From NCBI GenBank assembly GCA_005879505.1, contig VBKQ01000008.1:1-43209 (forward strand): DNA of 43,209 bases, in the 5' to 3' direction. The notes under the pieces were generated by a model. The model saw only the letters and a program-made list of their open reading frames with translations. It ran no database searches and was not told where the DNA came from. The position numbers and the translations under genes were made by a program. The stretch comes from Deltaproteobacteria bacterium. Lineage in GTDB: Bacteria; Myxococcota; Myxococcia; Myxococcales; 40CM-4-68-19. Of the stretch, positions 1 through 8,137 are shown one piece after another; the first letter of the stretch is position 1; every line of letters starts with the position of its first letter.

Positions 1-726
1 GACAGCTGGCAGCGCGCCAAGGACGTGCTCGAGCTGGCGGAGATGTTTCCGCCGCTGCCGGCACCGCCGGTGCGCCCGCCCGCCATCTCGTCCAATTCAT
101 CGGATGCCGCGGCGCAGGCCGGGCCCGGGAACTCTCAGCGGCTCCCCGCGCAAGCGGCGTCCGGGGCGCAGCTGTCCGTTCCTCCCGCCGTGGCAGGCGG
201 CGCGGCGCAGATCGATGAGCCTCGAGCCACGCCGGTCCGTCCCACGCCGCCTCTGGTGCAGCGCGCGCCGATGTTCGAGGCCGCCGGGCGCACGCATGGG
301 CAAGGACCGTTCATGGTCTTCTTCTTCGCGCTGTCCGCCTCTGCAGCCGCCGGCCTGGTACTGTGGATCGTCCACGCCTCCTCGCCGCGGAAGAGCGAAG
401 CTCCGTCCAATGCTGCTCCGCCCGCGGCGATCGGTCTGACCGCTGACCAGGTGCGCCGCAAGCTCGACGAGAACAAGCCCGCGCTGCAGGACTGCGTCGA
501 CGACGCGCTCCGCCGTGACCCGAGCTTGAAGGTAGGCAAGATTCATGTCGCCACGACGATTGCGCCGTCGGGACAGGTGACCGCGGCGAGGATCGACCGG
601 CAGAACGTCGACGAGAGCGCGCTGGGCGCCTGCTTGAAGCGGGCGACGCAGAGGATCGTCTTTCCCCAGTTCTCCGGCGTGGGGTTCGACGTGGACATCC
701 CCATCTCCGTCGGTTCCGGGGAATAG
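1..726 (+). CDS. 5'-truncated gene encoding a Pro/Ala-rich protein with one TM helix and a C-terminal TonB-C-like / AgmX-PglI-type tail domain
   Basis: Frame 1 is open from base 1 to the TAG at 724-726, and GC3 is high. There is a hydrophobic segment FMVFFFALSASAAAGLVLWIV. The last ~90 aa (LQDCVDD..KIHVATTIAPSGQVTAARI..LGACLKRATQRIVFPQF) resemble the myxobacterial tail domain as I remember it. Confidence 0.6.
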   Translation, partial: DSWQRAKDVLELAEMFPPLPAPPVRPPAISSNSSDAAAQAGPGNSQRLPAQAASGAQLSVPPAVAGGAAQIDEPRATPVRPTPPLVQRAPMFEAAGRTHGQGPFMVFFFALSASAAAGLVLWIVHASSPRKSEAPSNAAPPAAIGLTADQVRRKLDENKPALQDCVDDALRRDPSLKVGKIHVATTIAPSGQVTAARIDRQNVDESALGACLKRATQRIVFPQFSGVGFDVDIPISVGSGE

Positions 727-778
727 AAATGCGCGAGAGGCTCGCCCGGCGAGGTCGGTCGTAGCGGCTCCGGCGCTC

Positions 779-2302
779 TTGAGCGCGGACGCGCTCATCG
801 CGCACTTCGAGCAACAGAAGTCACGCGCGCTCGGAAACGCCCGGCGGAGGGACGCCGGCCTGTACTATACGCCTGCGCACCTCGCCGCCCGGGTGGTCGA
901 GATCGCGCTGCGGGAGGGCGGAATCGCCACCGGCCGTGTCCTCGATCCCTGCGCGGGCGCCGGTGCATTTCTCGTCGCGGCGGCGCGCGCCGGCCTGCGG
1001 GACTTGCACGGGTTCGACCTGGACCCCGAGGCGCTGCGCGTGGCCCGGCAGGCCTTGCGCCTGTGCGGCGCGAAAGCCCGGTTGCGCAGGGCGGATGCGC
1101 TGCGCGTGGCACCGCGCCGGCATGCGGACCTGCTCATCTCCAATCCACCCTACGGGCACGTCCGGGAACCGCGTGAGCGGGCGTTCCTCCTCCGCGAGTT
1201 TCCCGCGCTGCGCGGGGGCGAAGTCGATCGGTACTGCGCATTCTTGCTCCGCGCCCTGCAGCTCGTGCGGCCGGGTGGCGCAGCGGCGCTGCTCCTCCCG
1301 GACACCTGGATGTTCCTCGCCCGGGGCGGCGCACTGCGCGAGGCGGTGCTGGCGCAGGCGGAAGTGGCGGCGATCGTCGACCTGGGAAAGCCCTTCGCTT
1401 CGGCGAAGGACACGCGCGTGCAGGCGGTGGTCCTGGTGCGCCGCCCCGCGCTGGTCCGCCCGGCGTACGTGGGAAGGGGCGCCGCCGAGCTTTCGCCCGT
1501 GTCGCGTGAGGAGCTCGCCGCCGCCGCGCGGCGGGGCTGGTTCGTGTACCGCTCCGCAGAAGAGCGCGCGCTCTGCGCCGCGATGGAGTCCATCTCCGTT
1601 CCGCTGGGGTCCGCCTGCCTGGTGGGCTACGGGATGCGCACCGGAGCGAACGCGCGGCACGTGGGCCGGCGCGACCCTGGACCCGGCGAATCCGGACTCG
1701 TCGGCGGGGAGGACGTCGTCCCCTATGCGCTGCGGTGGCGGCCAAAGACGCTCCTCGATCCGGAGCCACTGCTCGCGCTCGTGCGACGGCAGCTGGGCAC
1801 CGCCCGCGTCGCGGTGCAGCGGATCCGCACCAACGCCCAGGTTCCCTGGGCGCGTTGGCTGGAAGCGGCTCCGGTTCCAGCCGATCGCGTGTGCCTCGAT
1901 TCGCTCTCCACCCTCTCGTGCGCTGACGGACGCAGGCTCTGGGCGCTGCTGGCGCTCCTGCAATCGGTTGCGCTGCAGCGATACCACCGGTTGCGCACGA
2001 CGGACGTGAACGTGAAGCCGAGCTCGCTGCGCGAGCTGCCGGTTCCCCGGGTGCTGCTCGAGGATCCAGTGGAGCTTGCCACGCTGGCCCGGCGGCGCGC
2101 GCGCGCCGGTGCGCGGCAGGCACACGCGCTCGACCGGCGGATCGACGCCTGCGTCTACGCGCTCTTCGGGCTTTCCGAGCGGCTCGTGCACTCCGCGGAG
2201 CGGGGCTTCTGGGGGGAGCGGTTTGCGAAAGAAATCCAAGAGCTTGAGCGGTGCATGTCAGACCCCTCCGGCAAGCTTGCGGCCCAGGAGGAAATCGCAT
2301 GA
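779..2302 (+). CDS. Gamma-class N6-adenine DNA methyltransferase (Eco57I/TaqI-like), with no partner endonuclease seen
   Basis: The start is a TTG at 779. The N-terminus has GLYYTPAHLA. Motif I (DPCAGAGAFLVAA) precedes motif IV (LISNPPYG). The C-terminal half looks like a TaqI-type target-recognition domain. GC3 is high. Confidence 0.8.
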   Translation: MSADALIAHFEQQKSRALGNARRRDAGLYYTPAHLAARVVEIALREGGIATGRVLDPCAGAGAFLVAAARAGLRDLHGFDLDPEALRVARQALRLCGAKARLRRADALRVAPRRHADLLISNPPYGHVREPRERAFLLREFPALRGGEVDRYCAFLLRALQLVRPGGAAALLLPDTWMFLARGGALREAVLAQAEVAAIVDLGKPFASAKDTRVQAVVLVRRPALVRPAYVGRGAAELSPVSREELAAAARRGWFVYRSAEERALCAAMESISVPLGSACLVGYGMRTGANARHVGRRDPGPGESGLVGGEDVVPYALRWRPKTLLDPEPLLALVRRQLGTARVAVQRIRTNAQVPWARWLEAAPVPADRVCLDSLSTLSCADGRRLWALLALLQSVALQRYHRLRTTDVNVKPSSLRELPVPRVLLEDPVELATLARRRARAGARQAHALDRRIDACVYALFGLSERLVHSAERGFWGERFAKEIQELERCMSDPSGKLAAQEEIA

Positions 2303-3597
2303 TCGCGCTCCTCGCCGCACTTGCCGTTGCCGCCGTCCTCTCGATCCTGCTCGCCAGCTCGCGCACCCGCGCGAGCGCGCTGCGTCTGTCGCTGGAGGCG
2401 CGCGAGGCGGAGCTGCGCTCCGAGCGGGAGGCGCGCGCCTCCGAATCGGCCGCCCGCGCGGCGGTGCAGGCCCGTCTGGAAGCAAGCGAAGAGAAGCACC
2501 AGCGCCTGCAAGAGACGTTCGCTTCCCTCTCGCGGCAGGCGCTCGACGCGAATACGGCGCACCTGGTGCAACTTGCCGAGCAGGTGGTTCGCCGGGCCCA
2601 GGAGAGCTCGCAGGCGGAGCTGGACCGGCGCGCGCAGGCCGTCGAGGAGATGGTCCGCCCCGTGAAGGAATCGCTGGGCCGTGTGGACGAGAAGATCGGC
2701 AAGTTGGAAAAGGCCGGCGACGTGACTGCGGCGCGGCTCACCGAACAGGTGCGCGCCCTCGCCGTCCAGGAGGAGAAGCTGCGCGGAGAGACCGCGAAGC
2801 TGGCCAGCGCGCTGCGGGCGCCGGCACAGCGCGGCCGCTGGGGCGAGACGCAGCTGCGCCGCACACTGGAGCTCGCGGGCTTGCGCGCCCACGTCGACTT
2901 CGACGAGCAGCCTGTCGCGCAAATGGCCGACGGCGTCTTGCGGCCCGACGTCGCGGTCCGCTTGCCCGGCGGGAAGACGGTCCTCCTCGACGCGAAGGTC
3001 CCGCTCGAGGCATATCTGAAGGCGATCGAGGCGCCGGAAGCCGAGCGGGAGCTACATCTGCAGGGGCATGCCGCGCAGCTGCGCGCGCACGTCGATGCGC
3101 TCTCGCGCAAGCAGTACTGGGAGGCTTTCCCGGGCAGCCCGGAGATGGCGGTGTTGTTCCTCCCTTCCGACGGCCTGCTCTCGGCGGCGCTGGAGGTGGA
3201 TCCGGCGCTGCACGAGGATGCGTTCGCGCGCCGCATCGTCCTGGCCACGCCCGCGACGCTGCTCGCGCTGCTGCTCACCATCGCGCACGTCTGGAAGCAG
3301 GAGTCCATCGCCTCGAACGCGCGCGAGATCGCAAACGAGGGGCGCGAGCTGCACAAGCGAATCGCCGATCTCAGCCGGCACCTCGCCAAGCTCGGGCGCG
3401 CCCTGGAGAGCGCGCTCAAGACGTACAACGGCGCCGTCGGGTCGTTCGACAGCCGCCTCCTGCCGGCCGCGCGCAGGTTCGAAGAGCTGAAGGCGAGCGC
3501 CGTCGACGTGCAGCTCGAGCCCCTCGCCGAGATCGAAGTGCTCCCCAGGCTATCCCGGCCACCCCTCGACGAGTCCCTCCCCGACGACGCGAATTGA
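2299..3597 (+). CDS. rmuC: DNA recombination protein RmuC
   Basis: The ATG at 2299 overlaps the MTase stop (ATGA), and an AGGAGG at 2286-2291 lies 7 nt upstream. The protein has the TM helix MIALLAALAVAAVLSILL, then a coiled-coil, then the RmuC hallmarks RGRWGETQLRRTLELAGL, RPDVAVRLPGGKTVLLDAKVPLEAY and AVLFLPSDG. Confidence 0.85.
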   Translation: MIALLAALAVAAVLSILLASSRTRASALRLSLEAREAELRSEREARASESAARAAVQARLEASEEKHQRLQETFASLSRQALDANTAHLVQLAEQVVRRAQESSQAELDRRAQAVEEMVRPVKESLGRVDEKIGKLEKAGDVTAARLTEQVRALAVQEEKLRGETAKLASALRAPAQRGRWGETQLRRTLELAGLRAHVDFDEQPVAQMADGVLRPDVAVRLPGGKTVLLDAKVPLEAYLKAIEAPEAERELHLQGHAAQLRAHVDALSRKQYWEAFPGSPEMAVLFLPSDGLLSAALEVDPALHEDAFARRIVLATPATLLALLLTIAHVWKQESIASNAREIANEGRELHKRIADLSRHLAKLGRALESALKTYNGAVGSFDSRLLPAARRFEELKASAVDVQLEPLAEIEVLPRLSRPPLDESLPDDAN

Positions 3598-3620
3598 CTC
3601 TCTTTCAGGCTTTCTCCGCC

Positions 3621-3649
3621 TTGACCGTCCCGGGGGTGCAAGATAGCTT
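3621..3649 (+). promoter_or_regulatory. Candidate sigma70-type promoter for pyrH, giving a near-leaderless transcript
   Basis: TTGACC (3621-3626), a 17-nt spacer, then TAGCTT (3644-3649). The -10 element ends 9 nt before the GTG start at 3659, and no SD lies between them. Confidence 0.4.
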
Positions 3650-3658
3650 CCGCGCCCC

Positions 3659-4417
3659 GTGACCGCGTCCACCAGGCCCCCCAGATTCAAGCGCATCCTC
3701 CTGAAGCTGAGCGGCGAGGCGCTAATGGGCGAGGCGAAGTACGGGATCTCTCCGAAGACGCTGGAGCAGATCGCCCAGGAGGTGCGCGACATCGTCAAGA
3801 TGGGCGTCGAGGTCGGCATCGTCATCGGGGGCGGAAACATCTTCCGCGGCGTCTCCGCCAGCACCGAGGGAATGGATCGCGCCAGCGCCGATTACATGGG
3901 CATGCTGGCGACGGTCATCAATGCGCTGGCGCTGCAGGACTCGCTGGAGAAGCTGAGCGTCTTTACGCGTGTGCAGAGCGCGATCGAGATGCAGCAGCTG
4001 GCCGAGCCCTACATCCGCCGGCGCGCGGTCCGGCACCTGGAAAAGGGCCGCGTCGTCATCTTCGCCGCCGGGACCGGCAACCCCTACTTCACCACCGATA
4101 CCGCCGCGAGCCTGCGGGCGATGGAGATCCACGCCGAGGTGATCCTCAAGGCCACCAAGGTGGACGGCATCTACACGGCCGATCCGGTCAAGGATCCGAA
4201 GGCGACGCGCTACAAGACGCTCAGCTACATCGAAGTGCTGCGAAAGAACCTCAAGGTGATGGACTCGACGGCGATCTCGCTCTGCATGGACAACGAGCTT
4301 CCCATCATCGTGTTCGATCTCGGCCAGCGCGGGAACATCATCCGCGTGGTGCAGGGGGAGGACGTGGGTACGCTGGTCGGCTCGCTCAAGCCGCCGCCGC
4401 AGCAGCAGGAGGCATGA
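3659..4417 (+). CDS. pyrH: UMP kinase
   Basis: Contains [24 protein letters not shown] and [16 protein letters not shown]. The start is GTG. Confidence 0.93.
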   Translation: MTASTRPPRFKRILLKLSGEALMGEAKYGISPKTLEQIAQEVRDIVKMGVEVGIVIGGGNIFRGVSASTEGMDRASADYMGMLATVINALALQDSLEKLSVFTRVQSAIEMQQLAEPYIRRRAVRHLEKGRVVIFAAGTGNPYFTTDTAASLRAMEIHAEVILKATKVDGIYTADPVKDPKATRYKTLSYIEVLRKNLKVMDSTAISLCMDNELPIIVFDLGQRGNIIRVVQGEDVGTLVGSLKPPPQQQEA

Positions 4418-4986
4418 GTCCCATGGGCATGGCAGAGGACGTCCTGGACGACTTGCGCAAGCGCATCAACAAGACGCTGGACGATCTGCGCCGCGAGCTG
4501 GCGAAGGTGCGCACCGGCCGCGCCAATCCCGCGCTCCTCGAGGGCGTGCGCGTCGACTACTACGGGCAGATGTCGCCGCTGAACAACGTCTCCAATGTCA
4601 CCGTCGCCGACCCGCGGCTGATCGTGATCAAGCCTTGGGAGAAGTCGATGATCCCGGTGATCGAGAAGGCCATCAATGCCGCCGGGCTGGGAGTCAACGC
4701 CCAGTCCGATGCGGAGCTGGTCCGGGTGCCGATTCCTCCCCTCACCGAGGAGCGCCGCAGGGAGTTCGTCAAGCTCGTCAAGCACAAGGGCGAGGAGCAC
4801 AAGATCGCCATCCGCAACGAACGTCGCGACGCGAAGGAGATGATCGAGGAGGCGGTCAAGGAAGGGGAGCTGACCGAGGACGACGGCAAGAAGGCGATGG
4901 AGAAGTTGCAGACGGAAGTCGACAACGGCGTGAAGAAGGTGGACGAGGTGATCGCCTCCAAAGAGAAGGACTTGATGCAGGTATGA
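4414..4986 (+). CDS. frr: Ribosome recycling factor
   Basis: Contains [21 protein letters not shown] and [12 protein letters not shown]. The ATG at 4414 overlaps the pyrH stop (ATGA). Alternative in-frame ATGs lie at 4423 and 4429, and the AGGAGG at 4407-4412 is better spaced for 4423. Confidence 0.92.
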   Translation: MSPMGMAEDVLDDLRKRINKTLDDLRRELAKVRTGRANPALLEGVRVDYYGQMSPLNNVSNVTVADPRLIVIKPWEKSMIPVIEKAINAAGLGVNAQSDAELVRVPIPPLTEERRREFVKLVKHKGEEHKIAIRNERRDAKEMIEEAVKEGELTEDDGKKAMEKLQTEVDNGVKKVDEVIASKEKDLMQV

Positions 4987-5528
4987 TCAAGGCCCGGGAG
5001 CGCAAGAAACCGCACCGGCGGCTCCTCGATGCCGCGCGCGAGCACCAGGTCGAATTGGAGGCGGCCGGCCTCCCGCCGCGGGCGATCGAGAGCTACGAGG
5101 TCGCGCTGCGCGGCGCGACCCAGGCGAAAGCAGCCAGCGCCGCTGCGAAGGTGCTGGTCCGCGACATCCAGCGCGAGGTGGAGGAGTTCCAGGCGGCCAT
5201 CCGCAAGGAATTTCCCGCAAATCCTTCGTTCCAGGCCGTGTTCAAGGCGCAGGAGCGCATTCCCGCGGACGGCCGCGAGGTCCTCGCGCTCGGCCGGCAC
5301 GTGGCGCGGGAGGCGCACGGATACGCCCAGAACCTGATCAAGTACGCGATCAACGCCGCCACCGTCAGGCATCTGGTTGCCCTCTGCGACCAGCTGGAAG
5401 GCGAGCTCGGGGGTGCCGATCCCGTGCAACGCGCCAGGACGATCGAGGAGCAGATCGTCGCGGCGGCGCAGAGGGCTTTCGCCGGCCGGCCGGAGCTGGC
5501 CGCATTCGAACTGAAGCCGTCCCCGTAA
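4983..5528 (+). CDS. Hypothetical helical protein, coupled to frr
   Basis: The ATG at 4983 overlaps the frr stop (ATGA). GC3 is high. I recognise no motif ([30 protein letters not shown]...). Confidence 0.55.
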   Translation: MIKARERKKPHRRLLDAAREHQVELEAAGLPPRAIESYEVALRGATQAKAASAAAKVLVRDIQREVEEFQAAIRKEFPANPSFQAVFKAQERIPADGREVLALGRHVAREAHGYAQNLIKYAINAATVRHLVALCDQLEGELGGADPVQRARTIEEQIVAAAQRAFAGRPELAAFELKPSP

Positions 5529-5564
5529 GCTCCGAATCGGGGCGGCCGGCATCACCTTTCATTC

Positions 5565-6932
5565 ATGTCCCTGGACCTCGGCGGTCTCTCAAATCCGGTC
5601 ACCAGCATCGGCGACCTGATCGCCTACGTGAAGGGCGCCGAGCGCCCGCCGGATCGCTGGCTGATCGGCGTAGAGCACGAAAAGATCGGCGTTCGCGGGA
5701 CGCGCTACGAGCCGGTGCCTTATTACGGCCCCGACGGCATCCGGGCCTTGCTCGACGCCATCGCCCGCTCGGCCGGGGGCTCGCAGCACAGGCACAAGGA
5801 AAACGGACAACCGATCGCGCTCCTCTCGAAGGACGCCTCGGTGACTCTGGAGCCGGGGGGCCAGCTGGAGCTGTCCGGGGCCCCGCTGCGCTCCTTCGCC
5901 GACATCCGGGGAGAGATCGAGGCCCACCTGGCGCAGGTGCAGCGGGACTCGCGCGGCATCGCCTGGCTGGCGACTGGCTACCGGCCCTTCGGCACGCGCG
6001 ATCAGGTTCCCTGGATGCCGAAGGGGCGCTACGCGGCGATGAAGTCGTCTCTCGGGAACAAAGGCCGGCTGGCGCTCGACATGATGCTGATGACCGCCAC
6101 CGTGCAGGCGAATCTGGACTGGAGCGATGAAGCCGACCTCGCTTCCAAGGTGCGCGCCGCCACCGCCGTGTCGCCCGTGGTGAGCGCGATGTTCGCGAAC
6201 AGCCCGCTCATCGATGGACGCGACTGCGGCTATCTCGATTTCCGCTACCAGGTCTGGCGCGAGACCGACGCTGCGCGCTGCGGACTGTTGGAGCAGATGC
6301 TGCAGCCCGGCTGGGGTTATCGCCGGTACGTCGAGTGGGCCATCGACGTGCCCATGCTCTTCGTCCGCAACGGAACCGCGTACCAGGACGCGCGCGGGCA
6401 GACATTTCGCGACTGGCTCACCAGCGGGCAGCTGGCCTCAGGCGAAAAGTCCCAGCCCACCCTGTCGCACTGGGTCGATCACCTGAGCACGCTGTTCCCC
6501 GAAGTGCGCGTCAAGCGCGTCCTGGAGCTTCGCGGCGCGGACATGGTGCCGCTGCCCCTGATGATCGCGCTCCCGGCGCTGTGGGTGGGAATCCTCTACG
6601 ACCGCAACGCGAGCGAGGACGCCGCGCAGCTGACCCGCGCCTGGACGTTCTCCGAGTTGCTCCAGTTCCAGGCCGACGTCGCCCGCGTCGCGCTGCGGGC
6701 GAAGGGTCCCGGCGGAGCCACTGCCCTCGATCTCTCGCGCGATCTGCTGGCGATCGCCCGAAGCGGCCTCAAAGGGTGGCAAGAGGTTTCGGGTCTGGAC
6801 GAATCGAGGAACCTCGATCCGCTGTCCGAGATCGTCGACTCCGGCCGCACGTACGCCGAGCGGGCGCTCGAGGCCCATCGGGCCTCGGGGGGAGATCCCG
6901 CCTCGGTGGTAAAGCTCTGGCAGATCGCCTGA
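5565..6932 (+). CDS. gshA: Glutamate--cysteine ligase, plant/alpha-proteobacterial type (GSH1 family)
   Basis: Contains IGVEHEKIGV, TLEPGGQLELSGAP, MLMTATVQANLD and YQVWRETDAARCG, with a length of about 455 aa as in GSH1-type enzymes. Confidence 0.8.
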   Translation: MSLDLGGLSNPVTSIGDLIAYVKGAERPPDRWLIGVEHEKIGVRGTRYEPVPYYGPDGIRALLDAIARSAGGSQHRHKENGQPIALLSKDASVTLEPGGQLELSGAPLRSFADIRGEIEAHLAQVQRDSRGIAWLATGYRPFGTRDQVPWMPKGRYAAMKSSLGNKGRLALDMMLMTATVQANLDWSDEADLASKVRAATAVSPVVSAMFANSPLIDGRDCGYLDFRYQVWRETDAARCGLLEQMLQPGWGYRRYVEWAIDVPMLFVRNGTAYQDARGQTFRDWLTSGQLASGEKSQPTLSHWVDHLSTLFPEVRVKRVLELRGADMVPLPLMIALPALWVGILYDRNASEDAAQLTRAWTFSELLQFQADVARVALRAKGPGGATALDLSRDLLAIARSGLKGWQEVSGLDESRNLDPLSEIVDSGRTYAERALEAHRASGGDPASVVKLWQIA

Positions 6933-6949
6933 TCCCTTCAAGGAGATAC

Positions 6950-7096
6950 TTGTGGGGTCTGACCTGGAACAAGGTGCTGGAGACTGGCGGGGCTGTGGTT
7001 TCCGACGAAGTGAATCTGGAGCTCGATTTCGAATACCTGCCCCGGCCCGCGGAAGCGAAGAAGGAAGCGCAGGCCGAAGTCAAGACGACGAAGTAG
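6950..7096 (+). CDS. Possible small protein of 48 aa (40 aa if it starts at GTG 6974)
   Basis: AAGGAG at 6940-6945 lies just upstream of the TTG at 6950. This frame has high GC3, whereas the overlapping GTG-6952 frame does not. The product is acidic/Lys-rich with no recognisable family. Its 3' end overlaps the convergent DHH gene by 17 nt. Confidence 0.3.
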   Translation: MWGLTWNKVLETGGAVVSDEVNLELDFEYLPRPAEAKKEAQAEVKTTK

Positions 7097-8054
7097 GCTG
7101 GCGGAGCTCGTCGGCGATCGTCGCGGCTGCGGCGCGGGCCTCCTGCAAGCGATCGGGCGGAAGCGAGATCGCCGCCACCGCCGGGTGCCCCCCGCCCCCG
7201 TATCGCTCCGCGATCCGTGCCAGGTTGTGCCGGCGCAGCTGCTGCTTCCATGGATTGGATCCGAGCGAGATCTTGCTCCGGTTCGGCCCCCGCGAGACGG
7301 AGACGGTGTAGAGCGTCGAGGCGTCTGCCGCGTACGCGATGAACTTGTTCACGTTGTCGACGTCCAGGTCGGCGAGGTCGTACGTCGCCACCCCGCGGTC
7401 GAGACGGATGCGCGCGGTCACGAGCCTCACCAGCTCGTGGTGTCGCTCGAGCAGCGGCTGCAGCGGCCCGGTCACCCAGGGCTCGCGCAGCACCGCGGAG
7501 AGCGGGCGTTGCGACAGCTCGCGGATCAGCCGGGGAAGCAACGCGGGATCCTTCGACGCCTCGATCAGCAGCATCAGCTGCATCGGCGGGTCGCCGAGCG
7601 CCACCGCCATCTGTGCGGAGGGAAAGAGCGCTCCATCGATGATCTCGGCCCAATCGATCAGCTCGCGCAGGGGCGAAGGATCCCACCCGAACTTCTCCTC
7701 CGCGATCCGTGCGAGGAAGCGGGTGCAACTCTTCGCCTGCGGGTCCCAGAACTTGCGGCCGCTGCGGTCGGCGCGGAACACCGCCTCGTCGTCGGCGCTC
7801 TCGAAGGCGCTCTGGTGATGATCGAACCACCAGGTGAGCCGCGGGTCGGGGGAGAAGCGGAAGTCCACCACCGCGTTCTCCTCGCCGGAGAAGACGTCCG
7901 CGTCGAAAAGGTGGCCGGCCCGGTGCGCGAGCCCGCGCAAGCCGACGTCGGTCAACCCCGGCTTCAGCTTGTCGCGGTAGAAGCGCAGGAAGGTCGCCGC
8001 GGAGGCGACGCCGTCGAAGCAGTGGTCGTGGTAGCCGATCTGCAGGGCGGGCAT
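7080..8054 (-). CDS. DHH-family phosphoesterase with a DHHA1 domain
   Basis: Contains HDHCFDGVASA near the N-terminus, WWFDHHQS (the DHH motif), and YGGGGHPAVAA (the DHHA1 GGGH motif). Confidence 0.8.
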   Translation of the reverse strand: MPALQIGYHDHCFDGVASAATFLRFYRDKLKPGLTDVGLRGLAHRAGHLFDADVFSGEENAVVDFRFSPDPRLTWWFDHHQSAFESADDEAVFRADRSGRKFWDPQAKSCTRFLARIAEEKFGWDPSPLRELIDWAEIIDGALFPSAQMAVALGDPPMQLMLLIEASKDPALLPRLIRELSQRPLSAVLREPWVTGPLQPLLERHHELVRLVTARIRLDRGVATYDLADLDVDNVNKFIAYAADASTLYTVSVSRGPNRSKISLGSNPWKQQLRRHNLARIAERYGGGGHPAVAAISLPPDRLQEARAAAATIADELRQPTSSS

Positions 8055-8080
8055 CGGGGCGGGAACCTAGAACGCCTCCC

Positions 8081-8110
8081 GTCGGCTTGTACAGTCTCAA
8101 GCATAGCCGC
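8081..8110 (-). promoter_or_regulatory. Conserved intergenic block (copy A) with a TGTACAGTCT core
   Basis: The minus strand reads GCGGCTATGCTTGAGACTGTACAAGCCGAC, which closely matches 20562-20593. It lies between the radical-SAM stop and the DHH start. Confidence 0.4.
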
Positions 8111-8113
8111 ATA

Positions 8114-8132
8114 CCCGCACCTCCGGTGCGGG
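8114..8132 (-). terminator. GC-rich stem-loop just after the radical SAM gene stop (no U-tract)
   Basis: CCCGCAC (8114-8120) pairs with GTGCGGG (8126-8132). It starts 6 nt downstream of the TAG (8138-8140) on the minus strand. Confidence 0.3.
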
Positions 8133-8137
8133 AGCGG

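Noticed and set aside
1134-3641. An 835-aa minus-strand ORF antisense to the MTase and rmuC.
   Set aside because: Its composition is extremely Arg/Ala/Ser/Pro-rich. It has no motifs and lies opposite two genes with clear family signatures and proper GC3 phasing. It is a typical stop-poor antisense frame in high-GC DNA.
6952-7311. A 119-aa GTG-started ORF after gshA, well spaced from the AAGGAG.
   Set aside because: Its third-codon positions are not GC-biased. It runs antisense into the DHH gene, and the translation is Arg/Ser/Gly-rich. The overlapping TTG-6950 frame has the coding signature instead.
8081-8110. Interpreting the shared TGTACAGT block as a sigma54 promoter or a LexA box.
   Set aside because: The GG and GC dinucleotides are only about 5 nt apart instead of the 10 nt of the TGGCAC-N5-TTGCW consensus. 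The core lacks the spacer of CTGT-N8-ACAG and does not match the GAAC/GTTC-type or myxobacterial LexA consensus as I remember them.
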